DNA of 60,794 nucleotides from Deltaproteobacteria bacterium (GCA_034670305.1 JAXMNT010000045.1:1-60794), one strand, 5' to 3'. Shown: positions 1-9,436, counted from the first letter of the stretch. Made by a program: numbers and translations. Notes: generated by a model not told the origin, from the letters alone.

Positions 1-151
1 CGATGTCGTGGTACGAGATCGCGTCTCCACCGTGCGTGTCCGACATCACCTTGGTGATGGCGGCGGTCAACGTGGTCTTGCCGTGGTCGATGTGACCGAT
101 GGTGCCGACGTTCACGTGCGGTTTGTTACGAACGAACTCTTCTTTGGCCAT
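1..151 (-). CDS. tuf: Elongation factor Tu, 5' part (runs off the window start)
   Basis: Minus-strand translation [34 protein letters not shown] carries the EF-Tu N-terminus and P-loop; it follows tRNA-Gly and tRNA-Thr as in tufB operons. Confidence 0.97.
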   Translation of the reverse strand, partial: MAKEEFVRNKPHVNVGTIGHIDHGKTTLTAAITKVMSDTHGGDAISYHDI

Positions 152-246
152 CGATGGCTCCTGGGCAATGGTCCCCAGCGCGGTGGCCGAGGGGTTCTAC
201 GAAGTGGTCTGATGAAGTGCGCGGCTGAGGATGCGCGGGGGAACTG

Positions 247-321
247 TGGAGCCCAGGATGAGGATTGAACTCACGACCTCCTCCTTACCAAGGAGGTGCT
301 CTACCACTGAGCTACCTGGGC
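247..321 (-). tRNA. thrT: tRNA-Thr(GGT)
   Basis: GCCCAGGTAGCTCAGTGGTAGAGCACCTCCTTGGTAAGGAGG...GTTCAATCC...CTGGGCTCCA; cloverleaf, anticodon GGT, CCA encoded. Confidence 0.97.
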
Positions 322-358
322 AAATGGTCACTCGGACCGTATGGGAATGAATGACCGG

Positions 359-431
359 AGCGGGCGACCGGGGTCGAACCGGCGACATTCAGCTTGGAAG
401 GCTGACGCTCTACCAACTGAGCTACACCCGC
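359..431 (-). tRNA. glyT: tRNA-Gly(TCC)
   Basis: GCGGGTGTAGCTCAGTTGGTAGAGCGTCAGCCTTCCAAGCTGA...GGTTCGACCCC...CCCGCT; anticodon TCC; followed by CCG, not CCA. Confidence 0.97.
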
Positions 432-442
432 AAGTGGCGCTC

Positions 443-471
443 CATTTAGGGGTTTTGCGCGGAGGGGTCAA
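443..471 (-). promoter_or_regulatory. sigma70-type promoter for tRNA-Gly, tRNA-Thr and tuf
   Basis: TTGACC-N17-TAAATG followed by a GC-rich discriminator (GAGCGCC) just upstream of tRNA-Gly. Confidence 0.65.
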
Positions 472-673
472 GAGGGAGAACGCGGGATCGCACACGCGTC
501 CGCCGATGGCCCACCAAGACGGCGAGAACGCGGCGCGACAGGCACGCGCGCAGCGCTGGAAAACCAACACGCGACTGAGCCACGATCGCGACCTCAACGA
601 CAGCGACCACTGCGGCGGCAGGAGAACGTGGACGGGCGGAGATCGAAACGCGGGCGTGGGGTATCCTGCGCAG

Positions 674-2854
674 ATGACCTGCGCTTCCCGGATGCACACC
701 TCTTCCCCTGGCCGCTTGTTCACGCTGCTGGCGTTCTCGACGGTTTTCATGTCGCTGACCGCCACGCCTGCCCACGCCTACTCGACGCGGCTGCACATCG
801 CGTACGCAAACGAGTTGCGGGAAGCACTCATCTTGTCGGGCGACGGATCCATCCAGCTCATCGGGAGCGACTTCGCCGTGCAACTGCCAGCGGAGGACGC
901 TGCCGCCATCGAAGCGGAGCCCTTGGCGTTTCGCGCCGGCGCCATCGGGCCGGACAACTTCGTCTTCCCGGGCATGACCGACGGCACCCATGGCGTGGAG
1001 CAGGATCCCTACCGGCAATGTCAGCTCCTCTATGAAGACGCGCTGACCCAGGAGGAGCGCGCGTACGCGCTCGGATGTTTCGTGCACGGGACCGGCGACG
1101 CGATCGCGCACCACCTGGTCAACTGGTTCACCGGCGAGACGTTCACCCTCACCCCGCTCTCGCACTCGCACATGTCGAACTTCGACAACGTGATCGGACA
1201 CATCACGACCGAGTCGACGATCCAGCGCGCGGTCTACGAGAGCGACCCGAGCGATTTCACGGCGGGCCAGCTCGCCCTCTCGATCCCGCGTGGATTCGTC
1301 GGACGCAACTACCACAACCCCGACAGCCCGCTGTACCAGCTGATGACCCGGCACATCATCCGGCGGGTGGACGACGCGCGCGCGGCCGATCCCGAAGCGG
1401 GCCTGTTCACGATCGCGAGTGGACTCGGGCTCGGCGCATGGGAGCACCTGGCGCTGGCGCCCTACTACGTGGACGAAGTCGAGAACCAGCGCGCCAACTT
1501 GCGGACCTTCGTCCTCGAAGAGATCGCCGACATGCAAGACCCGACCAGCACCCGGGGCATGGAGCTCATGGTCGGTGAAGGCCCGGATGGACTCTTCTCG
1601 ACCGAAGACGACACGACCGCCTGTTCGGGCAGCTGCCCTTCCCTCTACGCGCGCTACTACACGTTCGTCCGGCTGCTCTTGCCGCGGCGCGACGCGGGCG
1701 GCCGCGAACTGCCTTCCGCGTTCGACAAACTGAGCGACGAGTTCGGCGACGACCTCAACCTGCTCTTGCCCGCGCTGCTCGAGACCATCGAACGTTTGTC
1801 GGTGGTGTTGAACGCACCGATCGAAGACAGCGGGGGTGCCGACTTCGAGCTGCTCGCGGCCGACGTGAACTTCGCAATGGAACCCATGCGGACTTGGCTC
1901 ACCAACGCGACCGCCATCGACTACGAGACGGTGAGCCGCGCGGTGACACCGACCTGGTACCAGGACCTCTCCGACTTCTTCGCGAGCGCGGGCATCTCCA
2001 TCAGCCCCGCGTCGCTCATCGAGGTGCTGTTCGGACCGATCCTCGAGCAGGTGCGCATGCTGGTCGAAGAGCGGGTCATCGGGGAAGCCGAGATGTACCT
2101 CGACGAGCTCACGCAGAGTTACCGGGATGGCCACGACGCCTGGGAGACCTGCATCGCGACGAAGCTGGAGGCGTCGACACCGCCGGGCGCCACCGGACAT
2201 GCGTTCGACAATATCCGCGAGTCGGGCTTCTGGGCCTACACGATCAACCTGATGGCGACGACGCTCGCGAACCACGAGATCGTCCTCACGCCAGAAGGAC
2301 GCGACCCACTCGAAGAAGGCGCCGCGTCGTTCGACGCGTCCTTCACCCACATCTGGACCCAGGCCGGGATCTGCAGCTACCTGCAACCGGAGGTTTTCCC
2401 GCTCGGGCTCGACATCGATGCGTTCCTCTCCATCCTCGATGGCGACACGGTGCTTCAGGCGGTGGTCGACATGGACGTGCCGGTCGAATGCCACGCGGGT
2501 TCGCTGATGTCGTTCGGCGATCCCAACGCGGTCAACTGCCAGCACGTGACCATCGACGAACTGCGGGAACGGTTCCTCGGATCCACCAGCCGTTCGTACC
2601 CGCCCGAAGCCGCGATGCGGATGCCGCCCTGTCGCAACCTCACCGTGCCTGGATTGCCCGAACCGCCCGACCCGCCCATCGGCGAAGACGGCGGTCCCGG
2701 CGGCACCGACTCCGGTGGCACCGGCGAAGACGCGGGCACGACCACGCCGACCGACGACGGCGGTTGCGGATGCCGCACCAGCGGCAGCTCGGGCGCCGCA
2801 CTTCCCCTGCTGCTCGTCCTCGGCTTCGGTCTGCGCCGACGCCGAGGCATGTAG
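674..2854 (+). CDS. Zinc-dependent phospholipase C/S1-P1-like secreted protein with MYXO-CTERM anchor
   Basis: Signal peptide ending AHA-YSTRLH; GAIGPD, HxxGDxIAH and HxxxE metal-ligand-like motifs; C-terminal GGCGCR-hydrophobic-RRRR tail; start 674 (TATCCT-N6-ATG) or 692. Confidence 0.75.
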   Translation: MTCASRMHTSSPGRLFTLLAFSTVFMSLTATPAHAYSTRLHIAYANELREALILSGDGSIQLIGSDFAVQLPAEDAAAIEAEPLAFRAGAIGPDNFVFPGMTDGTHGVEQDPYRQCQLLYEDALTQEERAYALGCFVHGTGDAIAHHLVNWFTGETFTLTPLSHSHMSNFDNVIGHITTESTIQRAVYESDPSDFTAGQLALSIPRGFVGRNYHNPDSPLYQLMTRHIIRRVDDARAADPEAGLFTIASGLGLGAWEHLALAPYYVDEVENQRANLRTFVLEEIADMQDPTSTRGMELMVGEGPDGLFSTEDDTTACSGSCPSLYARYYTFVRLLLPRRDAGGRELPSAFDKLSDEFGDDLNLLLPALLETIERLSVVLNAPIEDSGGADFELLAADVNFAMEPMRTWLTNATAIDYETVSRAVTPTWYQDLSDFFASAGISISPASLIEVLFGPILEQVRMLVEERVIGEAEMYLDELTQSYRDGHDAWETCIATKLEASTPPGATGHAFDNIRESGFWAYTINLMATTLANHEIVLTPEGRDPLEEGAASFDASFTHIWTQAGICSYLQPEVFPLGLDIDAFLSILDGDTVLQAVVDMDVPVECHAGSLMSFGDPNAVNCQHVTIDELRERFLGSTSRSYPPEAAMRMPPCRNLTVPGLPEPPDPPIGEDGGPGGTDSGGTGEDAGTTTPTDDGGCGCRTSGSSGAALPLLLVLGFGLRRRRGM

Positions 2855-2899
2855 CCACGCAGCCAGTCTCGCGAAGCGCCAGACCCGTGACGGAAACAG

Positions 2900-2928
2900 A
2901 AAAGGCCGAGCGTGATGCTCGGCCTTTT
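2900..2928. terminator. Bidirectional intrinsic terminator
   Basis: AAAAGGCCGAGC-GTGAT-GCTCGGCCTTTT between the convergent PLC-like gene and tRNA-Tyr. Confidence 0.85.
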
Positions 2929-2931
2929 CGG

Positions 2932-3013
<82 letters not shown>

Positions 3014-3076
3014 GAAATGTCAGTTGGCGACTCCGTTGGCTTGGATGCGCCGGAGTTCCTCCGGTGTCCTCGCCAG

Positions 3077-3149
3077 AGCTGACGAAGGGACTTGAACCCG
3101 CAACCGCCTGTTTACAAAACAGGTGCTCTACCAATTGAGCTACGCCAGC
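3077..3149 (-). tRNA. thrU: tRNA-Thr(TGT)
   Basis: GCTGGCGTAGCTCAATTGGTAGAGCACCTGTTTTGTAAACAGG...GGTTCAAGTCC...TCAGCT; anticodon TGT. Confidence 0.96.
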
Positions 3150-3203
3150 ACGAGCGACGGTCGCTCGCCCCAAGCTGTCCGAAACGAACGACGTGGGAGC
3201 GGT

Positions 3204-3232
3204 TAAGTACGGGCCGCCCAGCGCTCAGTCAA
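3204..3232 (-). promoter_or_regulatory. sigma70-type promoter for tRNA-Thr and tRNA-Tyr
   Basis: TTGACT-N17-TACTTA about 55 bp upstream of tRNA-Thr(TGT). Confidence 0.6.
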
Positions 3233-3279
3233 GCCCGAGCGGTCTTCTTTTGCCGGTCGCCAACCCGGCAAGGGCAAGA

Positions 3280-4578
3280 TCACTGCGGCGGGTTGTCCGG
3301 CGCGCTCGGCTGGGACTCCGTCCCCGCGGTGGGCGCCGGTGGATCGACCCGTTCCTCGACGTCCGGACCGGCGACCGTGGCCTGAATGCCCTCGGGCCCT
3401 TCCGGTTGTTCGAGCAGCCGCGTGCGGGCGCGCTCCAAGTCGGATCGGATCCGCGTGGTCCACTCGGTCTCCACGTTGGTCCGCTCGACCATCAGAAGCG
3501 TCAGTTCCCAAAACCGGATCGAGTGCCGGATCAGTGGTTTCACCAGCCGTGCCAGATACTCGCGGTACTCCTGCTCGTAGATCGGCACGTCGGATTCGGG
3601 CAGTGCGTTCTGAGGCGGCGGAACCGGTGCGCTCATGATCGCCTGCCAGAACGCGTCGTACATCGAACCGATCTGGTAGCCCGCTGCCGCCGCCCACTCG
3701 GCGTGGGTGTGGCGCATGGTGTCGAAGTACGCGCGCTGGGCTCGCAGCATGATCGCGGCGCGTCGCTCGAGCACCGGTCGCTGCACCGCGACGTTGCCCT
3801 CCGGCACGCTCAGCGCCGCCGCGTTCAACCGGAACGTCTCGGCGAGCACGTAGTTCGCCGCCGCCGTGAAGTAGACGTCCCGGACCCGTTCGTCGCCACG
3901 CCGGGTCCTCACCCACGAGAGGGTGCTGCGGGCTTCGCGCCCAGCGTCTTGCACCCGGCCGGCCCCGAGGAGCAGTTGGGCGTGGCGGGCCATGGCTTCG
4001 ACCCGCTCGTCCGACACGAGGTCGTCGCGGGCCAGGAGCGCGTCTGCTTCCTCGAGCCCGGCCTCCCACGCCTCGGTTGCGAGGTAGATCTCGCAGAGCT
4101 GAAACCGGGCATGTTTCACATCGCTCGATTGCGGCACCTCGCGCAGCAGCCTTTCGAAGCGCTCGGCGGATTCGTCGTAGCGCTCTGCGTTCTTCAGGCA
4201 GAGGCCAGCGTTGTAGAGCGCACTGCTGACGAACCGGCTGCTCGGAAACTCGTTCGCCACCCGGTCGTAGTGCGCGACCGCCTCGGTGCAGCGCTCCGCC
4301 CGCATCTCGCGCACCCCCTCCCGGAAGAGCGTCTCGGCATCGTACGAGTCGAGGGAGAACCCACTCTCACTCGTCGCATCGGGTCGCGCGGTGATGCGCA
4401 CCTCCTCGAGGTGACGGACCTCGGTGTTCTCCGGGGTCGTGGGCCGATGGGTGTGGCCGCATCCGGCCAGCGCCGCGATGCAAAGAACCAGAACCGCAAG
4501 TCCGGGGATGGGCTTCGAAGCCGACGCTTGGACCAGGCTCGAGGCGGGACGGGAATGCAGGGAGAGGTGGGCACGCAT
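3280..4578 (-). CDS. Tetratricopeptide-repeat lipoprotein (BamD/YbgF-like repeats)
   Basis: Lipobox LAGC; TPR-like helices (ALYNAGLCL, ARFQLCEIY, AGYQIGSMY); start uncertain (4578 or 4614). Confidence 0.75.
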   Translation of the reverse strand: MRAHLSLHSRPASSLVQASASKPIPGLAVLVLCIAALAGCGHTHRPTTPENTEVRHLEEVRITARPDATSESGFSLDSYDAETLFREGVREMRAERCTEAVAHYDRVANEFPSSRFVSSALYNAGLCLKNAERYDESAERFERLLREVPQSSDVKHARFQLCEIYLATEAWEAGLEEADALLARDDLVSDERVEAMARHAQLLLGAGRVQDAGREARSTLSWVRTRRGDERVRDVYFTAAANYVLAETFRLNAAALSVPEGNVAVQRPVLERRAAIMLRAQRAYFDTMRHTHAEWAAAAGYQIGSMYDAFWQAIMSAPVPPPQNALPESDVPIYEQEYREYLARLVKPLIRHSIRFWELTLLMVERTNVETEWTTRIRSDLERARTRLLEQPEGPEGIQATVAGPDVEERVDPPAPTAGTESQPSAPDNPPQ

Positions 4579-4765
4579 GAGAAGACCGACAGTGGGGAGT
4601 CGCAAAGGTTCCACGACTGGAACCTCCGATCCATCCCCGAGGCGGTGAAGCGGAGCGCAGCGAAGAGAGGCATGTCCCTCGGCGGCGGTGCCTCAACGAA
4701 CACCGACTTTGGTGGGGGCATCTCGATCCCGCGAGCGTAGGAGACAGTGTCACCTCCCAGGCGAC

Positions 4766-4834
4766 GATCGTCACATCGGGTGTTACGCGTGACGCGTAAC
4801 ATCGCCTTGGTACCCCCGGTCGAGTGTGACGATC
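4766..4834. promoter_or_regulatory. Nested inverted repeats, candidate enhancer-binding-protein sites
   Basis: TGTTACGCGT-G-ACGCGTAACA (4781-4801) flanked by GATCGTCACA (4766-4775) and TGTGACGATC (4825-4834), roughly 60-130 bp upstream of a sigma54 promoter. Confidence 0.5.
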
Positions 4835-4892
4835 CCTGTGAGCGATCCCATTCGGATCGTCGGATCACCCGATTTTCGTGGGCTCGGAGCCG

Positions 4893-4908
4893 TGGCACGG
4901 GTGGTGCA
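4893..4908 (+). promoter_or_regulatory. sigma54 (-24/-12) promoter of the ECF sigma gene
   Basis: TGGCACG-GGTG-GTGCA with GG-N10-GC spacing, 31 bp before the ATG. Confidence 0.7.
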
Positions 4909-4939
4909 TTGATGGGCTGCAGCAACGAGGCACCCGGCA

Positions 4940-5593
4940 ATGACCACCACCAAATCCCGCTCCACTCTCTCCACCAAGACCCTCTCCCAGGTCGAACTTC
5001 CCATCGACTGGACGGACGAGACACTTCTCGCCCGCATGCTCCTCAAGGACGGGAAAGCCTGGCGCGAGTTTCACCGCCGCTTCGATCGTCTCGTCTACCG
5101 CTGCATCCACAAGGTGACCGGACGGTTCCGGAGCGTGGTGGGTGAAGAGGACGTGCGCGAGATCTTCGCCCAGTTCTTGGTGAACATCACCGTGCGGGAC
5201 ATGCGCCGTCTCCGGGCGTTCGACCCGGAGAAGGGGAACAAGCTCAGCTCGTGGATTGGGCTGCTCGTGACCAACACCGCCTGGGACTACCTGCGCTCTG
5301 TCGCCCGCCGCCCGCCCTGCTCGGAACTGCACGAGGCCGCCGAGCTCGAGGCCGAGGGTTCGGACCCGTACGACGACATCCTCCGCAAGCAGCGCTGGGC
5401 GCTCGTCTCCGAAGCGGTCGAGAGCTTCTCCAAGAAGGACCAGCGCTTCATGAAGCTCTACTTCATCGATGGCCTGGAGCCGGAAGAGGTCGCCCAGGCG
5501 ATGAACGTCTCCATCAAGACGGTGTACAGCAAGAAGCACAAGATCCGCTGCCGGCTCGAGCAGGTTCTCGGACCGCAGCTCCGCGCCGCCTAG
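4940..5593 (+). CDS. ECF-type sigma70 family RNA polymerase sigma factor
   Basis: Region 2 (DVREIFAQF...LSSWIGLLVTNTAWDYLR) and region 4 (GLEPEEVAQAMNVSIKTVYSKKHKIR). Confidence 0.92.
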   Translation: MTTTKSRSTLSTKTLSQVELPIDWTDETLLARMLLKDGKAWREFHRRFDRLVYRCIHKVTGRFRSVVGEEDVREIFAQFLVNITVRDMRRLRAFDPEKGNKLSSWIGLLVTNTAWDYLRSVARRPPCSELHEAAELEAEGSDPYDDILRKQRWALVSEAVESFSKKDQRFMKLYFIDGLEPEEVAQAMNVSIKTVYSKKHKIRCRLEQVLGPQLRAA

Positions 5594-5845
5594 CAGGCTG
5601 CTGAAGAACGCCCGCAGGGCGTTCTCGCAGCCTGCCCCTTGCCTTTGCCCTTGCCCGCGGATCAGCGGTCAGATCGCGATCAGCGCGACGAGCATCGACG
5701 GGGGTACGACCCGGCGGCTTCGTCCGCTGGGCATCGGGCTCATTCGCGGCCTCGCCGTCGCGAAACACACGGCGTCCACGACGCGGGCAAGGGCACGGGC
5801 AACGGCAACGGCAAGGGAGCAGGTCGCTCTTCAGCGACCTGCTAG
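5590..5845. mobile_element. MITE (248 bp) with 14-bp terminal inverted repeats and CTAG target duplication
   Basis: CTAG-CAGGCTGCTGAAGA ... TCTTCAGCGACCTG-CTAG (12/14 match); internal inverted (CCTTGC)n/(GCAAGG)n-type arms; second copy at 60668. Confidence 0.8.
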
Positions 5846-7311
5846 TTGACGATCTCGAGGGTCGTTCCGTCTTTGCCGCAGAACGTGGTCTGCTCGTCGT
5901 AGGTCTCGCCGCACGTGGGACAGACCTTCTTGACGGCCACGGCACTCTGGCGGTCGCGCGCTGCGAACAGCGGGTATGGGATCAAGGTGTCGCCATCATG
6001 CGCGCACACATCGGCATCGGCCGGATGCCCGCGACGGCAGGTCGGGCAGATCATGCCCTGCGACCGGACCACCGGATCCCTCGGGTCGAGCAAGGTGGCG
6101 CCATCCTTCGGGCAGTATGCGTCGCCGGTCTCGTCCTCGAGCCCGCACGCGGGACAGATCTTCTTCGGCGGCTTCGCGGTCGCGCCGACCGGTCCGGTGG
6201 GGGCCGGCGCAGGCACGACCGGGGTGTCTCCCCTTGGCGGATGCTCAGGTGCGGGGGCCACGTGCGAGTCACGGCGGCGGCGCACGACCAAGAAGATGGC
6301 GGCACCGATCAGCAGCAAGGCCGCGAAGCCGCCTCCAAGCGCCCAAGCGAGACCGCCCTCCCCCTGCAACGCCCTGGCGGTCAGACCGGACGCATGTTCC
6401 GCTTCTGCCGACGAGAGACCCTCCATGCGGGCGGCTCGTTCTCGAGTGGCCGCGGTGAGGTCGCTCAGATCCTCGGTCTGCACGAGGACGCGCGCGGTCC
6501 CGCGCAAGTCTCCGCTGCGCGCGACGACCTGGAACTCCCCCTCGGCGCTCGCAGCGTTCGCGCCGGCCACGAAACAGCGCGCGTTGATGGAGGCTTCGCG
6601 ACCCGCCGCTTCGGCCAGGTCGAGCTGAACCGATTGTCCAGGCACAGTACAACCGGCCGCGTCGACGACCCGCGTCCGGAAACACACCCGCTCGCCCGGC
6701 TCGATGGTCTCGGAGGCCGGGGAGATGCGCAGCCGCGCCGGGGCGCCCGCCGTGCAGGGTGCCTCTTGCATCTCGGGTGGCGGATCGGGGTCCATCGAGA
6801 CCGGCGCTGCGCCCACCCGCGTGAAGGTGCGGCGCGCGACCCGGCTCGCCACGCAATGGGACGCGTTCAGACGCCAGTCCCACTCCGTGCGGTCCTCGAA
6901 TACGATCGTCGAGTCGCCTTGGGCCCGGAACGAGTAGCGGCCTGTCTCGGGCTGAGAGTCGTCGGGCGGCGTCCGACACGAGACCGTCCACCGCTTGGCT
7001 TCTTGTTCGTAGCGACTCGAAGTGCGGCGCAGGTTCGGCCGGTCGCTCCAGCAGCGGGTGGTGGCCCCCCGCACAGCACCCGAGAACGTCAGGTGGTCGC
7101 CGCTCTGGGAGATGGTGACCGAGCCACCCGGCTCGGTGTAACTCGTCGGGGGCCGACGACCGCAGTCGGTGCCCCAGCTCGTGATGTTGTTGGTGATCCG
7201 CAGCTCGGTGGCGGTCCACGTGCCCGCGAATGGCCCGTCCGCCAACGCGGGCATCGACCACGCGAGGAGCGAGATCACGACGCACAGAAGATGGCAAACG
7301 CGCTTGGCCAC
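5842..7311 (-). CDS. Single-pass membrane protein: signal peptide, extracellular beta/Ig-like domains, TM helix, three C-terminal zinc ribbons
   Basis: N-terminal signal; TM LAWALGGGFAALLLIGAAIFLVVRRRR; three CPxC...CxxDG units. Confidence 0.75.
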   Translation of the reverse strand: MAKRVCHLLCVVISLLAWSMPALADGPFAGTWTATELRITNNITSWGTDCGRRPPTSYTEPGGSVTISQSGDHLTFSGAVRGATTRCWSDRPNLRRTSSRYEQEAKRWTVSCRTPPDDSQPETGRYSFRAQGDSTIVFEDRTEWDWRLNASHCVASRVARRTFTRVGAAPVSMDPDPPPEMQEAPCTAGAPARLRISPASETIEPGERVCFRTRVVDAAGCTVPGQSVQLDLAEAAGREASINARCFVAGANAASAEGEFQVVARSGDLRGTARVLVQTEDLSDLTAATRERAARMEGLSSAEAEHASGLTARALQGEGGLAWALGGGFAALLLIGAAIFLVVRRRRDSHVAPAPEHPPRGDTPVVPAPAPTGPVGATAKPPKKICPACGLEDETGDAYCPKDGATLLDPRDPVVRSQGMICPTCRRGHPADADVCAHDGDTLIPYPLFAARDRQSAVAVKKVCPTCGETYDEQTTFCGKDGTTLEIVN

Positions 7312-7447
7312 GGCTCGGAATTGGTAGCACGCTTCCGCGCCCGTTTGTCCTTCCTGACAGCCTCCGGTCCTGCCACTGCGGGCGCTTTAACGACCACGAC
7401 CCTGGCCGCGGGGTGCGGTCAGGGTCGCGTCGCGGATGCGAACGCGT

Positions 7448-8419
7448 TCAGCCCTTGGCTTTGAGCGCTTTGACCGCTTCGGTCATCTGGGGAACGGCGT
7501 CGAAGAGATCGGCGACGAGGAAGTAGTCGGCGACCTGCGCGATCGGGGCCTCTCGGTCCTTGTTGATCGCGACGATGCACTTGCTGCCCTTCATGCCGGC
7601 GAGGTGCTGGATGGCGCCGCTGATGCCGACCGCCAAGTAGAGCTTCGGGGCGACGACCTTGCCGGTCTGACCGACCTGAAGATCGTTGGCCACGTAGCCT
7701 GCATCCACAGCGGCGCGGGAGGCGCCCATGGCTGCACCGAGCGAGTCGACGAGGGGCTCGAGCACGTTCTCGAAGTTCTCCGCGCTCTTGAGCGAACGTC
7801 CACCGCTGACGACGATGTCGGCTTCTGTGAGTTCGGGCCGCTCGCTCTCGACGACCTCGAGAGAGAGCGCTTCGACGCGTTCTGCGACCTCGTCCTCTTC
7901 CACGTCCGCGTCGGAGATCGGGCTCGCGCCTTCGCCGCCGGCGGCCGGTTCGAACTCGGACTGGCGGACCGTCACGACCTGCACGTCGCTGGTCAGCGTG
8001 CAGGTGCCGAAGACGTTGCCCGCGTACATGGGGCGCGTGTACTTCACGACGTCGCCATCGACCGCGACACTCGAGATGTCGGACGCGACACCAGCCGAGA
8101 GTTTGGCGGCGACGCGCGGCATCAGATCCTTGCCGTAGGTGGACGCGCACGCGACGAGGATGCCGTAGTCCTCACCGAGGGCAGCGACGGTCGGCGCGTA
8201 GCGCTCACAGATGTAGCCGCCTTCGATCTCGGCCTTGAGCACCTTGCGGGCACCGAAGCCAGTGGCTTCGCTGGCCGAGTCGTCTGCACCTTCGCCGATG
8301 ACGAGGATGTCGAATGCGCCCGACGTTTCGCCCGCCACCTGCTTGGCGAACGAGATGGCGGAGAGGGTGGTGCGCCGGAGTTTGCCCTGCGCGAGTTCTG
8401 CAACAACGAGAATGTCCAT
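7448..8419 (-). CDS. etfA: Electron transfer flavoprotein alpha subunit
   Basis: [51 protein letters not shown]. Confidence 0.97.
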   Translation of the reverse strand: MDILVVAELAQGKLRRTTLSAISFAKQVAGETSGAFDILVIGEGADDSASEATGFGARKVLKAEIEGGYICERYAPTVAALGEDYGILVACASTYGKDLMPRVAAKLSAGVASDISSVAVDGDVVKYTRPMYAGNVFGTCTLTSDVQVVTVRQSEFEPAAGGEGASPISDADVEEDEVAERVEALSLEVVESERPELTEADIVVSGGRSLKSAENFENVLEPLVDSLGAAMGASRAAVDAGYVANDLQVGQTGKVVAPKLYLAVGISGAIQHLAGMKGSKCIVAINKDREAPIAQVADYFLVADLFDAVPQMTEAVKALKAKG

Positions 8420-8440
8420 GTTCGTACTCCTCTAACGTCC

Positions 8441-9283
8441 TCAGAGGACCTTGGCTTCGGTGTGCAGTTTCTCGACCAGCTCTTCGACGCTCTCGACGAA
8501 CGTCGCAGCGCCCGAGCGTCCGGGCGGGAGGGCGAACTCGAGGTACGAGTCCGTGCGCGCCGGCTCGACGCCGAGGTCGGCGAGCGTGTACTCGTCGACC
8601 GTCTTCTTGCGGGCCGCCATGATGTTCTTGAGGTTCGACAGGCGGCTGTTGAGATCGCCGAGCTCGGCGTAGGTGTAGTCCGACGGCGTGATGCCGTTGG
8701 AGATGCTGCCGGGCTGGAGGATGCGGTCCGAGCTCGTGAACACGGCGGGGCCGGTCACCTTGAGCGTCTGCACACCCACGTCGAACTCGCGCTTGACGGT
8801 GAAGGTCTTGCCCTCGTCCTCGGTCGCGATCTTGGTGGCGTAGTTGATCACCGGCCAGGCGAGGAGCTCCGCGAGCTTGGTGCCCGCGACGTTCGAGTCT
8901 CCGTCCGCCGACTGCTTGCCCATCAGGACGATGTCCGGGGACTCTTTCTCGACGATCTTCGCGAGAATCTGCGCGACCACACCGCTGTCGAGATCGGCGT
9001 CTTCGGCTTCGACCAGGATGCCGCGTTCGCAGCCCTTGCCGAGGGCGTCGACGACCGTGCTCCGCGCGTCCTTCGGACCGATGGAGACGACGATGACCTC
9101 GCCGACGCGCGATTTCTCGGCGGCGTTCTCGGTGAGTCGGAGGGCGGCCTCGAGGCTCCACTCATCGAACGGATTCATCATCCATTCGAGACCTTCGGTC
9201 GTGACCTTCTTGCCGTCCGCAACCTTCACCTTGTTGGCGTTGGCGGGGTCGGCGACCCGCTTGATCGGTACGAGGATCTTCAC
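8441..9283 (-). CDS. etfB: Electron transfer flavoprotein beta subunit
   Basis: MKILVPIKRVADP, MNPFDEWSLEAAL, GKQSADGD; adjacent to etfA. Confidence 0.96.
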   Translation of the reverse strand: MKILVPIKRVADPANANKVKVADGKKVTTEGLEWMMNPFDEWSLEAALRLTENAAEKSRVGEVIVVSIGPKDARSTVVDALGKGCERGILVEAEDADLDSGVVAQILAKIVEKESPDIVLMGKQSADGDSNVAGTKLAELLAWPVINYATKIATEDEGKTFTVKREFDVGVQTLKVTGPAVFTSSDRILQPGSISNGITPSDYTYAELGDLNSRLSNLKNIMAARKKTVDEYTLADLGVEPARTDSYLEFALPPGRSGAATFVESVEELVEKLHTEAKVL

Positions 9284-9373
9284 TCGTTTGCCTCCTCAGA
9301 GAGAACTGATGTGGCCCGTTCCGACCCTGCAAGGGTTCGGTGGGACTGGGGGATGGGAATGGGCATGGGCGTA

Positions 9374-9396
9374 GAATCAATGACGCAGTGAGTCAA
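9374..9396 (-). promoter_or_regulatory. Candidate etfBA promoter with overlapping TGAC-N7-GTCA palindrome
   Basis: TTGACT -35 box overlapped by TGACTCACTGCGTCA; the -10 box (TACGCC) is weak. Confidence 0.4.
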
Positions 9397-9436
9397 CCGC
9401 GCACCCGTTCCGGGCGCGTGGGATGGAGCGACGCGA

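Noticed and set aside
432-2931. Prophage or integrative island at tRNA-Tyr/Gly
   Set aside because: No integrase and no duplicated tRNA 3' end (att) seen; only a single host-like gene
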